Part shown: positions 1 to 12,600 of the stretch, in pieces
How the letters are laid out: every line of letters begins with the position of its first letter
Position numbering within the stretch: position 1 is the first letter of the stretch
NCBI RefSeq assembly: GCF_004010195.1
Contig: NC_057725.1
Coordinates: 44,678,349-44,742,348 of the forward strand
Length of the DNA stretch: 64,000 nucleotides
Reading direction: 5' to 3'
Source of the DNA: Chiloscyllium plagiosum
Lineage: Eukaryota
Notes under the pieces: generated by a model
Seen by the model: only the letters and a program-made list of their open reading frames with translations
Told to the model about the DNA's origin: nothing
The model's database searches: none
Translations under genes and position numbers: made by a program

Positions 1-437
1 ATGTGTTTGTTGATGGAGTTTGTGGATGAATGCCATGCCTCTAGGAATTCCCTGGTTGTTCTCTGTCTGGCTTGCCCTATGATAGTAGTGTTGTCCCAGT
101 CGAATTCATGTTGCTTGTTTTCTGCGTGTGTGGCTACTAAGGATAGCTGGTCGTGTCGTTTCGTGGCTAGTTGATGTTCATGTATGCGGATTGTTAGCTG
201 TCTTCCTGTTTGTCCTATATAGTATTTTGTGCAGTCCTTGCATGGTATTTTGTACACTACATTCGTTTTGCTCATGTTGGGTATCGGGTCCTTCGTTCTG
301 GTGAGTTGTTGTCTGAGCGTGGCTGTTTGTTTGTGTGCTGTTATGAGTCCTAGGGGTCGCAGTAGTCTGGCTGTCAGTTCCGAGATGCTCCTGATGTATG
401 GTAGTGTGGCTAGTCCTTTTGGTTGTGGGATGTCCTC
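1..437 (-). mobile_element. Penelope-like element (Poseidon-type), 5'-truncated; GIY-YIG endonuclease coding region running off the window start
   Basis: Minus strand reads openly for 145 codons: …ATLPYIRSISELTARLL…NVVYKIPCKDCTKYYIGQTGRQLTIRIHEH…HEFDWDNTTII…REFLEAWHS…. Confidence 0.88.
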
Positions 438-3400
438 TCTTTAAATGCCTTGATTAAACCTTTCAGACAGGACATTCCAGACACTAACTGCTTTGTGCAT
501 GTAAAAAGTCATTTTACCATATCACTTTTGGTTTTGTTGATGGTTACCTTAAGTCTGTACCCCTATGCTATCAATTCTTTCATGAGTTAGAACAGTTTTT
601 TTTCCCTCCAGGTAGTGTGGCCAGACCCCTCATGATTTTGAATACCTGCATTTGCTCTCTTTTCAACATTCTCCAAACAGACATTTGATGTTCATAACTA
701 ATGTTTCTCATACTTGGAACCATTCTCATAACTCCCTCTTACATTCTTGCAAATGCCTTCACATCTTTCCTAAAGTGCAGCACATTCCAGCTAAGGCTGA
801 ACTGGTCTGCTGCACAATTTCAACATCATCTCCCTGCTTTTGTTCGTGATGCCCCTCTTAGTAAGGCCTAAAATAGGTGGCAGATTCCCATAGGCAACTG
901 TTATAACCAGATCAGGAGAGATGGATGAGTACTCCTCATTTTAACTCCCACCCTTTGTCAGCTGCAACAAAGATTTTTTTTCATTATTTTTAGCGTACAG
1001 TTATATCACGCATCAATTAAAGCTGAGCTTGCCATTTGACGAGAACCAAATTGGAAAACAATTAAAAACTCACATGTGAAAGAAAAGAATTTTATTACTT
1101 ATGAATTCCCAATAAAATATGGTATGATTTGTAGCCTCAGCAATAACAACATTTAAGGATATCTTTTGAATTCTCAATGAATGAGTATTTCTCCAAGATT
1201 TTATTTATGACTGGAAGTTGTCCTTTGAGAGAGACTGAGAGAAACTGGGAAAGAGAACAAGCCTTTCAGTTCTACTGTTATAAATCTTTTATATTCTTCT
1301 CTCTGTTTTACCTCAAAACTGTTGCTTGAAATGTAGTTCATTTGTGTATTTCCATATCTGGCTTTCGTTTCTTTTCTAAAGTGGACAATCTGCAAGCAAG
1401 TCTTTTATCCCAATATGTGTAGCTAGCAGAAATATGTAAATAAAACAGGAGATACAGATTTGAGTGACTGGTTTTAGTTATTTTGTTAGTTCAATTTCAG
1501 TTCAGGTTGGATCTTGTTTATTGATGGTTTCATGAAACCTGGCTCAACCTAGCGAAGTGATCACAGTGGCCATCTCAAGTCAGTTTTGATCCTTTTTTAA
1601 AAATTCATTTTCATCCATGAATGGTCCCAGGTATTAAAACTTAGGTGATAGAAGTTGAACATTATCACCAATACTACAATACAACATATTTACCATTCCA
1701 AGAAAAGCTGCTGCAGGTGGAAGAGCTGTGCCTGAAGGATTGACTCAAGGAGTTTACGCCTGAGCTATGTCCTCCCTAACATGAATGTTTGCAATCAGTC
1801 ATTCAAAAGATGTCACAATCACACTGCCAGACTATCCGTTCAGCTTCTTACAGACTGGCATGTGTTTGTAGTTTGTGACATGCTTCCACTTGCTTACAAA
1901 TCAAATGGCTTGGATACATTATTGAGCAAAAATATGACTGGGAGCTGGGCTTCCTTCTGTTCAATTCCAGTTAACCCCATACGTAGTGCACTAGTGGGCA
2001 GGGTAATCCTAGTTTGACAGATAACAAAGCTTAATACTAGTTTCAGATGGTGACATTTCACCCAAACCATTGTGCACACATGGGATCTAAGTAAAACTGC
2101 ATTTGACCTTTCTGAACTGGTAACTGCAGTGTCATTATTGCAAAAAGGATGTGAATTCTAATTGGATAAGCTGCAATTCTTTTGTTTTAATTTCCTGTTG
2201 CTTGGTTCAAATTCATTTATCACATAACTATTGGTTTCAGTATGGATCAGGCATCCTGCTAACATAAACTATTTCTTTTCTATCCCGCCTGCATTGCATT
2301 TGACAAGCCCTTACATCATATGAGTAAAAAGCTTTAAAGGAATGATTATGACAGAGCAACTTGTTATAGATTTTTCATGTGTTTGGAAATATTAGTGATA
2401 CCTTATTAAATTTCTTTAGGTTTTTATTTCAGCATTATTCAACAGTATCCCGTTCTATACCACACTGTTTCTTATAATGTTTCTAAAGCATGTTCAATGA
2501 TTTCCACTACTTGGATGGCTCAATTAACTCAGGAATGTTGTTGCGCAAACAGTTCACCTGGGTTCCTCCTTTCTGCAGCGTAATCTAAATATTGTTTAGT
2601 GTAGTACACAATGCTGCTCCATTTGATGGGCTGCTAAAGTAATGCATGTTGGAGCCCTCCATCTGTAGACTGTGAAATAAGTACTCATATGCATGATAGC
2701 ATTCAAAACCTTGCACAGGTAGTCCCTCTGCAAAGAATAAATATTTAAATTTAAGCTTGCATTTTTAAATATGTTTGCAATAGCTTTGAATATTTTTGAC
2801 TGTAAATGTCCTTAGGTTTTGCTCAATCCTTCAGGTATGCTGACAACTAATGAGGACTTATTCATCCTTATGCATCTGATACTTATGCATCTGGTACTCT
2901 GGAGCAGGCCCAGTTCATGAGAAAAATCAATAATTTTCATCATTGTCTGCAAATCAAACGGGCCAGCCCTCCTATTAACAGGAAACCCTCTTGTTTCTGA
3001 GTCAGAAATTCGTAGTTTGAGCATTCACGATAAATTAAAGCAATAATGTGGGCTGATATTTTACTACATCACATCATACTCAAAGCTTGGTCCAGCCCTT
3101 AGCATTTGAACCTTGAAACATTTTAGTAAGGTTTGTGAATATGTGGAGAAAAATTTGGAGTGTGTAGTTTGAAATTCATCTTTATCCACAGTCCTGCTTA
3201 GCAGAGTGAAAATGTTCTCACAGTGATCATTGTGGAGTTGGATAGCTGAATTGGCGGGATGCCTGGTTTGTGAAACAGCATGATGCCTCATTAGCTAAGG
3301 TTACCCTGAAGGACTTTCCTTCTCAACTTCTTTCCTCACCTGAAGTGTGTGACTCTCAGGTTAAACCACCACTAAGTCATCCTTCTTTAATGAGAAAGTA

Positions 3401-3569
3401 GCCCTATGGTCAAATTGGCCAATGGTGACTTTGCCTCTTTACAAGAGTAATTACTTTATTCTAACGTAAAGAGTTATGATTAAAGGCTTATTAAAATTGT
3501 TTTGCACTACATTGATTTATTTCCAAATTAAAGACTGATTGTTTGATCAACATGTTTCTCTCTAATCAG

Positions 3570-3674
3570 ACTACAATGATTCAGTCGTATGTGAACTCCA
3601 GCTTTCTATGTCTGACAAAGCTTAACATAACTCATGGATCAAACCACATCATTATTGACAGGCAGTTGAGAAAG
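3570..3674 (+). CDS. OTOG: OTOG exon (VWD): [35 protein letters not shown]
   Basis: ctctaatcag| … AAG|gtaggt; 105 nt, ends in phase 0. An in-frame alternative acceptor (attcag) lies 15 nt downstream, so the start is less certain. Confidence 0.82.
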
Positions 3675-6600
3675 GTAGGTTGATTTCTAACTTATAACTA
3701 AGTGCATGTTTCTAATAACTCTTATTAAAGATTGTAGCATATTCTTTACAATAAATACAAATAATCATCATGCTGCAGTTCATGAGCTTCATTAGTGATC
3801 ATATGCAATACTTTGATCTACGAATATTTTGGATTCCTGTATATTAAAAATATTAAAATAAATATATTGGAACTTAATTGATGCTTGAAATGGTTCTCTG
3901 CAGAAATTAATATAATAAATCATGAAATGTTATTTACAATGGATACATGGTCAAAAACATGATAATCTTCAATTTATATATTGAAGAACAGAGGTTTTGA
4001 CAAATTAATTGTATCAATGTGATGTGCATAATTAAACAGATGTCCCAAAAGGAAATTATACATGTGTATAGTACCATCAATAAATTTTCAAATAACGGCT
4101 ATTTTTACAATAAGGGATGCAGTTTGTTCATCAAGAAATGTTCAATACCCAAAATGCCATGTGCCATTTCACATTATTTTGTAATTTAAGCCCAGGATAT
4201 GGAGATGCACAGATTAAAACTAGGTTTTTTTTTCTCTCTTGCAGATTGCATGTTTTGTTTGCTTATTTTAAAGGGGAAACTTATAACAAATTATTTGGAA
4301 ATGTCTTGTTTTTGTTGAAACAATAACAGTAGCCAAACAGATCCATGGGGATTCCGTATGTGTGAAATGCACTTTTATTTTGAGAAGAGTAACTGTTTGC
4401 AATAATGCTCCAGAAACTGTTACTGCTAAAGTTGAGTCCATTTGTCAAAATGGCAAAATATCAATGTCCCAATGATTATGGAGCTTTAAGATGCTATACA
4501 ATGCAATGGTAGGATACAAGAATCATATAGCCTTGAAAAAAGTCATTTGAATCCTGGTGTCTATACCAGTATTTTAAAGAACGATCGAATTCTGCCCATT
4601 CTGAAGCAGCAAATGCAGCAAGACCAGGTCAACATCCATGAGTGCCAGACAATGACCATTTCCAATAAGGGAGAATCTTAACATCGCAAAATCCTCCATT
4701 ATCAACATCCTGGGATTACCATTAACCAGGACTAAACTGGACTAGCTATATAAATACTGTGGGAACAAAAGAATGTTAGAGGTTAAGAATTCTGTAACGC
4801 CTAGTATACTTTTAACCACTGCCCCCAAAGTCTGTCCAACATTACAATGTACAGGTCAGGACTGTGATGGAATACTCTCCACTTACCGACATGGACATGG
4901 TTCCACCAAACCTCTTGATGCTTCTGTCATCCAGGACAAATAATACCACTTGATTAGCACCTAATTTAACATTTTAAGTCTTCAACCCATCCAATCCTGC
5001 GGGCTGCATGGTGTTTAGCAATGCTGCCGCAAAGCACCAGGGACACTGGTTTGATTCCAGCCTCGGGCGATTGTCTATGTGGAGTTTGCACATTCTCCCC
5101 GAGTCTGCATGGGTTTCCTCCGTGTGCTCCAGTTTCCTCCCACAATCCAAAGATGTGCAGGTCAGGTGAATTGGCCATGCTAAATTGCCCATAGTGTTCA
5201 GGGATGTGGAGGTCATGTCTTTAGTCAGGGGAAAATGCAGAGTAATAAAGTAGTGTAATGGGTCTGAATGGGATACTCTTCAGAGGGTCGGTGTGGACTT
5301 GTTGAGCCAAAGGACCTGTTCCAAACTGTAGGGGTCCTATGAACATGAACACAGAGGCATAAGTGTGTATACTATCTACAACAGGCACTGCAGCAGCTTT
5401 CAAACATGTGACCTCCACCACTGAGGAGAACATGGGAGCACTATCGTCTGCAAGTTCCTCTCTAAGTCACACACCATCCTGACTTGAAACTATATTGTCC
5501 TTCTTTTTCTCTTGCTGGTAAAATTCCTAGAAGATCCTTCCTAGTAGCACTGTGGGCATACTTATCCTCAGTAGACTGTGCCATTTCAAGAAGATAACTT
5601 GCCCCACCTATTCAAGGGCAATTAATGATGGACAATGAATGATGGCCTAATCAGCTACACTGACATCCTGTGAAGGAATAAAATAAAATCGTCTGCTGTC
5701 TTGTAAATATCTTCTTCTCAAGTATATTATTCAATTGTTTTCTGAAAATGATTATGAAATCAACTTCTAATGCCCTCTCAGGTTGCACACACCAGATGTT
5801 AGCTCAGAATACAAAAAGAATGCTCCCTATTACTTCCAGGAACTTTTTGTTACAGACTTCCTTAGCAGTAACAATAGTTTCTCACCATGTCTCTATTAAA
5901 ACCGCTTGCAATCTTGAACATGTCCATTAAATCTTCCTTAACCTTGTCTGGTTTGAAGAGCACATCCAAATCTATTATATCTCTGCAATTCACCAACCTT
6001 ATTGATATCATTCTGGAAGATCCCCTCCACATTCTGTCCAATGCAAGGACATTGCACTAAATTTTCCCTTTTTCAGTTAGTGTTTTGTCAAGTGAAGTGG
6101 TGTTTTGTTCGCAATGGCTCACAGTGAGTTTTCTCACACAATCTTTGACTCTTAACCACCTTTTCATTCATGCTCTTTTGTCCCCAACTCATGGGATCAT
6201 TTAGTGGGAGAGGCAGAAGTGTTCACCACTGCTGGTACTGTATTTAAAATGTCTGCACGCCTCATCAGGTGCTACAAGACAGGAACTGGCTCTCACTCTG
6301 TAGTGCATCTTGGTTACCAAAGAGGCTCAGTGATGCATGATTCTACCATGCTGTCTTCAATATGCCTCCCAGTCAATATCCTGATCATCATCCTCAGAAG
6401 ATTTCTGTGAATTCCTGATTTTTCTCTGCATCCAGGATATTCTCCCTTTGTTTCCTCCAGTTGTGAAGGGCACAGCTTGCTCTAATGATGTAGTTCATCT
6501 TTTCTACTACATGCTTCCAGACTCTGCTTGAGTGGCCCAAGTATTCAGATCAAATTTTAAGGAGGCCCTGGCGGAAGCATGTATAACATTGTATCTCTGT

Positions 6601-9600
6601 ACTGACTCAGTCTGCGGATTTCTTAAAATAGAGGTGTCATGATCCATATTGGAGGAAGTAGCCTTTGTTTCCCAGTAACCCAAAATGGGAATGATGTCAG
6701 AAGCCTGCTGAAAATTTAAACTTGGAGCAGGGCCATCAGTATGTTTGTGTCATGACCAAGGTTTGTTACCTTTTTATATTGACTCAATGAGTGAGCCAAA
6801 AGTACGAGGAAGCTCAAATGCAGCTTCTAAGTATAACTGCCAAGCTCCAAACCCAGCAAGGCAGGGGGCTGTCAGGCACAAGAAAACATTGGCAGCTTCT
6901 GAGAATGGCTCTGTAGTATAGCACTAGATGTCTTAATTGTCTGTCTGCATTTGTGCAGCAGCTTTCTGATTCCAATGGCAGCTGCTTGTTGGCCCCTGTG
7001 AGAGTCATCTGGAGGCAAAACAACACTGGGGAGCCATCATAGCATGCAACAATTTGATTTCCCTGCACCACCCCCATCTCTGAACCCAACCCTGACTCCA
7101 TGGTAAAATTTAGCTCAAAGTCTGGCTTTTAAGAGGAAGTTAAAAATCACACAACACCGGGTTACAGTCCAACAGGTTTATTTGAAAGTACACAGTGAGA
7201 AATGATTTTCGCTGTATCGATGTTTTCCTTTTTCATTGATAAAGTATTGATTCTACATCAGCTCATTATATCGAAATTTGAGGAGAAAAGGCATAATTTA
7301 GCTTTGCAAACCTATTAATGATTGGATACTTTGTTTTATAGAACTGATCGAGCGACATCCACATCCTGATTGAACAACTATTACAATGGGTGTGATTTCC
7401 AGTCAATTCAACCACATTTAAAGACTTTTGATTACGTATTTGATTTTTCATTGTCAAATAATTGTACATAAATCATTTTTCTATTCATATTCCTTCAGCT
7501 GAGCATTAATTCAAGGTTTGGCTACACTCCATTCCGAAGGTTTGACTTTGAAATCATTGATACTGGGAGTATGTACACAATCGTGACTCCAGCTGGTATA
7601 CGCATACAATGGTTTCACAATACAGGGATTATGGTTATTGACACAGGCACACCCAATAAAAATCTAGCTACTATGGGGCTCTGCGGTACGTAAACATTGG
7701 TTGTTTTATGTGCTAATGTATTTGCAAAATGTTTTCATGCTAAACAGAGAAAAGACATTTTGTTGCAAACTGCAATACAATAGGTCCACCAGCAGGCAGG
7801 GAGAGGTGTGTCAGCCCCGAGATGGGTGGTGCATTTGGGTTGTCAGGACTTGGCAATTGTCTGATTTCAAGTTCTGCACTTGATTTGGATGAGTTGTACT
7901 GGAATCTTAACTGATCTCATTCAAGTCAAGGTTGGTAGGTAGAAACAGTAATCGGCAGTAGGTGGCTCCATGTGGAAATCTGAGGGAGCAATAGGCTAAT
8001 TTAATGACCACAATGATGGGCCTGTCCATCAGCTAGAGAGCTGGTGGCAACACTCCTCAAACATTCCCTGGAACTCCAAGGTGGCTGAAGCCAATTAGGC
8101 TTCTACTGGAAGGAACGATTCCCAATGCTGTTTAATGCAGAAAACCAGGAAGACAAATATCATTGGATGTCTTGGAAACATCCTTTCTACATTCATCTTG
8201 CCAAGACTATTCATGGTCTTATTAACATCAATCCAGTTATCCCTTTTAAACTCCAATGGAAAAAAGCCCAGCCTGACCAACCAATTCTCATAAGGCAACC
8301 CACTCAGTCCAATTATTAATTTAGTAAAACTGTTCTGAGCTACTTCCAACACATTTACATCCTTCATATATAAAGAAACAACAACTGCAGGGAGATATTC
8401 AGAGGGTCAATGTGGACTTAATGAGCCAAATGGCCTGCTTCCACACTGTAGGGATTGTATGATTTAAGATGTGCTCTTGTCAATGCTCTTTATAACTGAA
8501 GATTGACTTTTTACTTTTATGTTCAATTTCTCTCATAAGAAAATAAGTATCATCTCAATAGTTGCCTTAATTGTGTACTGTTGTGACTCATGCCATAGAA
8601 CAACAAATCCCACTGCCCCTCTGATTTCTGCAGTTGTTGTCCATTTATTTAATACTCTACTTTTCCATTCTTCTTGTCAAAATGAACAGCTTCACATTTT
8701 CCCACATCCTTCTCCACAAGCCAGATTTTTGCCCACTCACTCAACCTGTCTATATTCTTCTTCAAATTCCTTATGTCTTCTTGAAGTCATACTTTCCTTT
8801 CTACCTTTGTGTTGTCTGCAAATTTAGCTGCTATAACTTTGGTCTGCTCACCACATCCTGCCAAACAGAAGAAGATCCATTTATACATATTGTCTATTTT
8901 CTCCCAATCTTCTAATTGGTAGCATAATACATTACCCTTTCACCATTGTATTTTCTGCAGTAAGCTTTCTTGTGGTATTAGTGTGTTATTGATGTGACAT
9001 TATTTATATTTCAGTCAGAAGTGTGGGGAATGTTTTGTTTAAAGGTCATTGCATAATGTTTTTCATGTGCTGTTGCTTGATATATTGTCTATGTAGGGAC
9101 ATTATGGAATATGGGTTATTTTTAGCAGCAACTCATAAAGTGTGGAAAATTTCAAAGTGACAACTCAAATGGATATAAATGCTAGGAATGGCATTTGATG
9201 CTTTTTGCTAGTTAATGAATAATGTCCAAATTAAAACTGAGTGATTAAATGTGATACTAACTAAGTTGAATGCCTTTGCAATGTAGTTGTTCTTAATTGG
9301 CCAATTTGGTCATTCATAACATAATTCCTAATTTCAGCTATTTTGTTTGGTTACAGATTTTTATTTTACATAATTTCCTGAAATGTAACCTCTATGAGTC
9401 GTAATGCAATAAATGCTGTAAATGGTATCATCAAAATTTTAGAGATAAAAAGAGACTAGGTATTAAATAAAATAGTGATGTCTTAAAACAGAATTAATTT
9501 ACATCTGGACAAACTCAATGGGTTTGGCAGCATCTGTGGTAGGAGAAACAGAGCTCATGTTTTGAGTCTGGCATTACTCCTACTGTTCTTCTCTGAAGAA

Positions 9601-12600
9601 GTCATACAGGACTTGAAACGTTAATTCTATTTTTCTCTCCACAGATTGTGCCAGACCTGCTGAGTTTTTCTAGAAGAAAGTGAGGACTGCAGATGATGGA
9701 GATCAGAGCTGAAAAATGTGTTGCTGGAAGAGCGCAGCAGGTCAGGCAGTATCCCAGGACCAGGAGAATCGATGTTTCGGGCATAAGCCTTCATTCCTGA
9801 AGAAGGGCTTATGCCCGAAACCTCGATTCTCCTGCTCCTTGGATGCTGCCTGACCTGCTGCGCTTTTCCAGCAACACATTTTCCAGCTGCTGAGTTTTTC
9901 TCCTATTTTCTGTTTGTTTCATATTTCCAGCGTCTACAATATTTTGCTTTTATAATAATTTACATCTCATTTGGTATTATGTGAAATCTCAGCAAATTTA
10001 TTAAATTTAAATACAACTCAACATCAGTATTTTTATTAAAATATAAGAGATACATATCTCTGAATACCCTAGGCATAATCAGTCTACTTTCCTTTCTGAT
10101 GCTTGACAACACAAATTTAGGAACATCAGACTTAAATGGGATTAGCCCATTCTACCATTCGGGTCTGCTCTGTCAGTCAATAACATCATGGCTGATCTGG
10201 TTACAGTCTCAACTCCACTTATCTACATGCAACATCCCCAATCCACCAGCCCTTGAAAAAGTATAATTCATTGACTTGACAAGATTATGTCTACAAATGT
10301 CCTTATTATATATACAGGTTACTGTGATGGAAACCCAATAAATGACCTAACCTTGAAAAATGGCACAGTTCTTCAAAAAGATGACGATCCATTGACCTTC
10401 ATTCAAGACTGGACAGTGGCCAGCACAGAGACAGGAATGATAATGAGTCGACGTCAAGAGGTTAACTGTTCTACAAGCAACTGCTCTGAATGTTTCAGAA
10501 TGCTCCAAAGTGAGACGTTTTCCCTCTGTCATGCACAAGTATGTATTTATAACAATCGCACAGAACAATGCATATATAATTCCAGAGTCTGCAGAAGTGG
10601 GTACTGCAGATGCTGGAGATTAGAGTCAAGATTAGAGTGGTGCTGGAAAAGCAGAGCAGGTCAGTCAGCATCCGAGGAGTAGGAAAATTGACGTTTCAGG
10701 CAAAATTCCTTCATCAGGCTGTGGAGACAGGTGCTGCTTGAGAAGTGAGTTTAAAGCTCTTTTCAACTTCAAATGTCGCAATGTAATGGTTTAGATACTT
10801 TCCTAAAGTATCTAACCTGCTCAGAAATATTATTACACACCTCTACAGAAGGTGGAAAAAATTTTAGTTTTTGGTACAATGATTGATCTTGGAACTTTGT
10901 CCATAAAATGTAAATGACCATTGGATATACTAGCACTGCATAAAGATTCAGATGTATTTGAGTCCATTCTCCATCTTCTTCATTCTGCAGTTGGGAAGGA
11001 TCAAATATGAATGTTTGCAAGGGATGCTATGGTTTGATATGGCTTTACTGCATTTCATGTACATCATTACTGCAACTGAGAACCTATCCAAGGAATCTAT
11101 ACCAGCGTCCTAACTTTCTCCTCAATCTTGACATAATTCTGATAAATCTCCTCTCCATTTTCTTAAAGACGTTGACAATTTTCTAACATTCAATAACCAA
11201 AATAAGACACAATGTTTTAGCTAAGGCCTAACCAGCTAATGGCCTTGTTTTTGTATTCTGTGCCTCTAATTTTAAAGCCAAATATCCCTTTTCTTTCATT
11301 GTCTTTTTCACCTGCCTTGATTTAGCTGTGTCATTCCCCAGGTCTCTCTGTTTCATCACCTCCACTAAACCTGTTCCATTTAGTTTATAATGCTTGTTCT
11401 CATTATACTTCCTAAAGTGCCATTTTGACTTCTCTGCTTTGAGTTTCAAATAATGTATATGGCTTCCCCATGTCTGTAGTGAGAGACAAAAAAGCTGCAG
11501 ATGCTGAAATCCAAAACAGACAGGCAGGAAGCGGAAAGAGCACAGCAAACCAGGCAGCATCAGGAGGTGGAGAGGTCAATGTCCTGAAGAAGGGTTACAC
11601 CTGATAATCCTGGCTTGCTGTGTTCTTCCAGCCTCCTGCCTGTCTATTTGCCATGTCTTTGTCTCCTTGAAGTCTATAACTATCCTGCTAATTGTGTTAC
11701 AAACCTGTTCGTCTTGAATCACTGCTATCTTTACTAATCATTCACAATCAACATTTTTTGTTTTGATGTTTACTTGTTAGTAGTTAGTTTTGAGAAATTT
11801 ACATATTAAAGGGAATAATAAACATTTAATATTGAATTGATGTAACAAACCACATCTCGTGATACTGGTGAAAGATATTTCAATGAAATCTTGTTCATCA
11901 TTGTTTATGCAACAGACCACCACAACTGCAACATTGTGAAGAATTTCTTCTTTTTTTCTCATGCTAGGTTTCTCCAGAAATGTTTTGTGAGCTCTGGATC
12001 CGTGATTCATTGTTTGTGAAGAACCATTGTTCTGCTCTGGCTGCGTATGTGGCTCTCTGTAATAAATTTAACATTTGCCTAGAGTGGAGGAAACCAGACT
12101 ATTGCTGTAAGTAGTGGTTTAAATAAACTGACATAGGTTTAGATTAGATTAGATTCCCTACAGCATGGAAACAGGCCCTTTGGCCCAACAAGTCCACACT
12201 GACCCTCCAAAGAATAACCCACCAAGACCCATTTCCCTCTGACTAATGCAGCTAACACTATGGGCAATTTAGCATGGTCAATTCACACGGGGAGAATGTG
12301 CAAACTCCCCACAGACAGTCACCTAAGGTTGGAATTGAACCTGGGACCCTGGTGCTGTGAGGCAAGTCATAGCTGATAATCTACCTCAATGCCATTTTTC
12401 TGTGCTTCTGTTATGACCAGACTCCTGGTGAGGTTTTCTGATTTGTTTCAGTTGTGTAGGGAATTACCAACATGTTAAGAACCTGGATGAGGAAAAACTT
12501 GTTGGCTACCCTCCTTTGCTCGTCCACTGTTGGATGCAGCAAGGCTGCTTTAGAAAGGAACCTTTCCTTTCTCCTGGACTCAAAAAAACTTAGGTTTTAA

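Noticed and set aside
6100-7110. Possible decayed DNA-transposon or MITE remnant
   Set aside because: No terminal repeats, TSD or protein motif could be fixed by eye.
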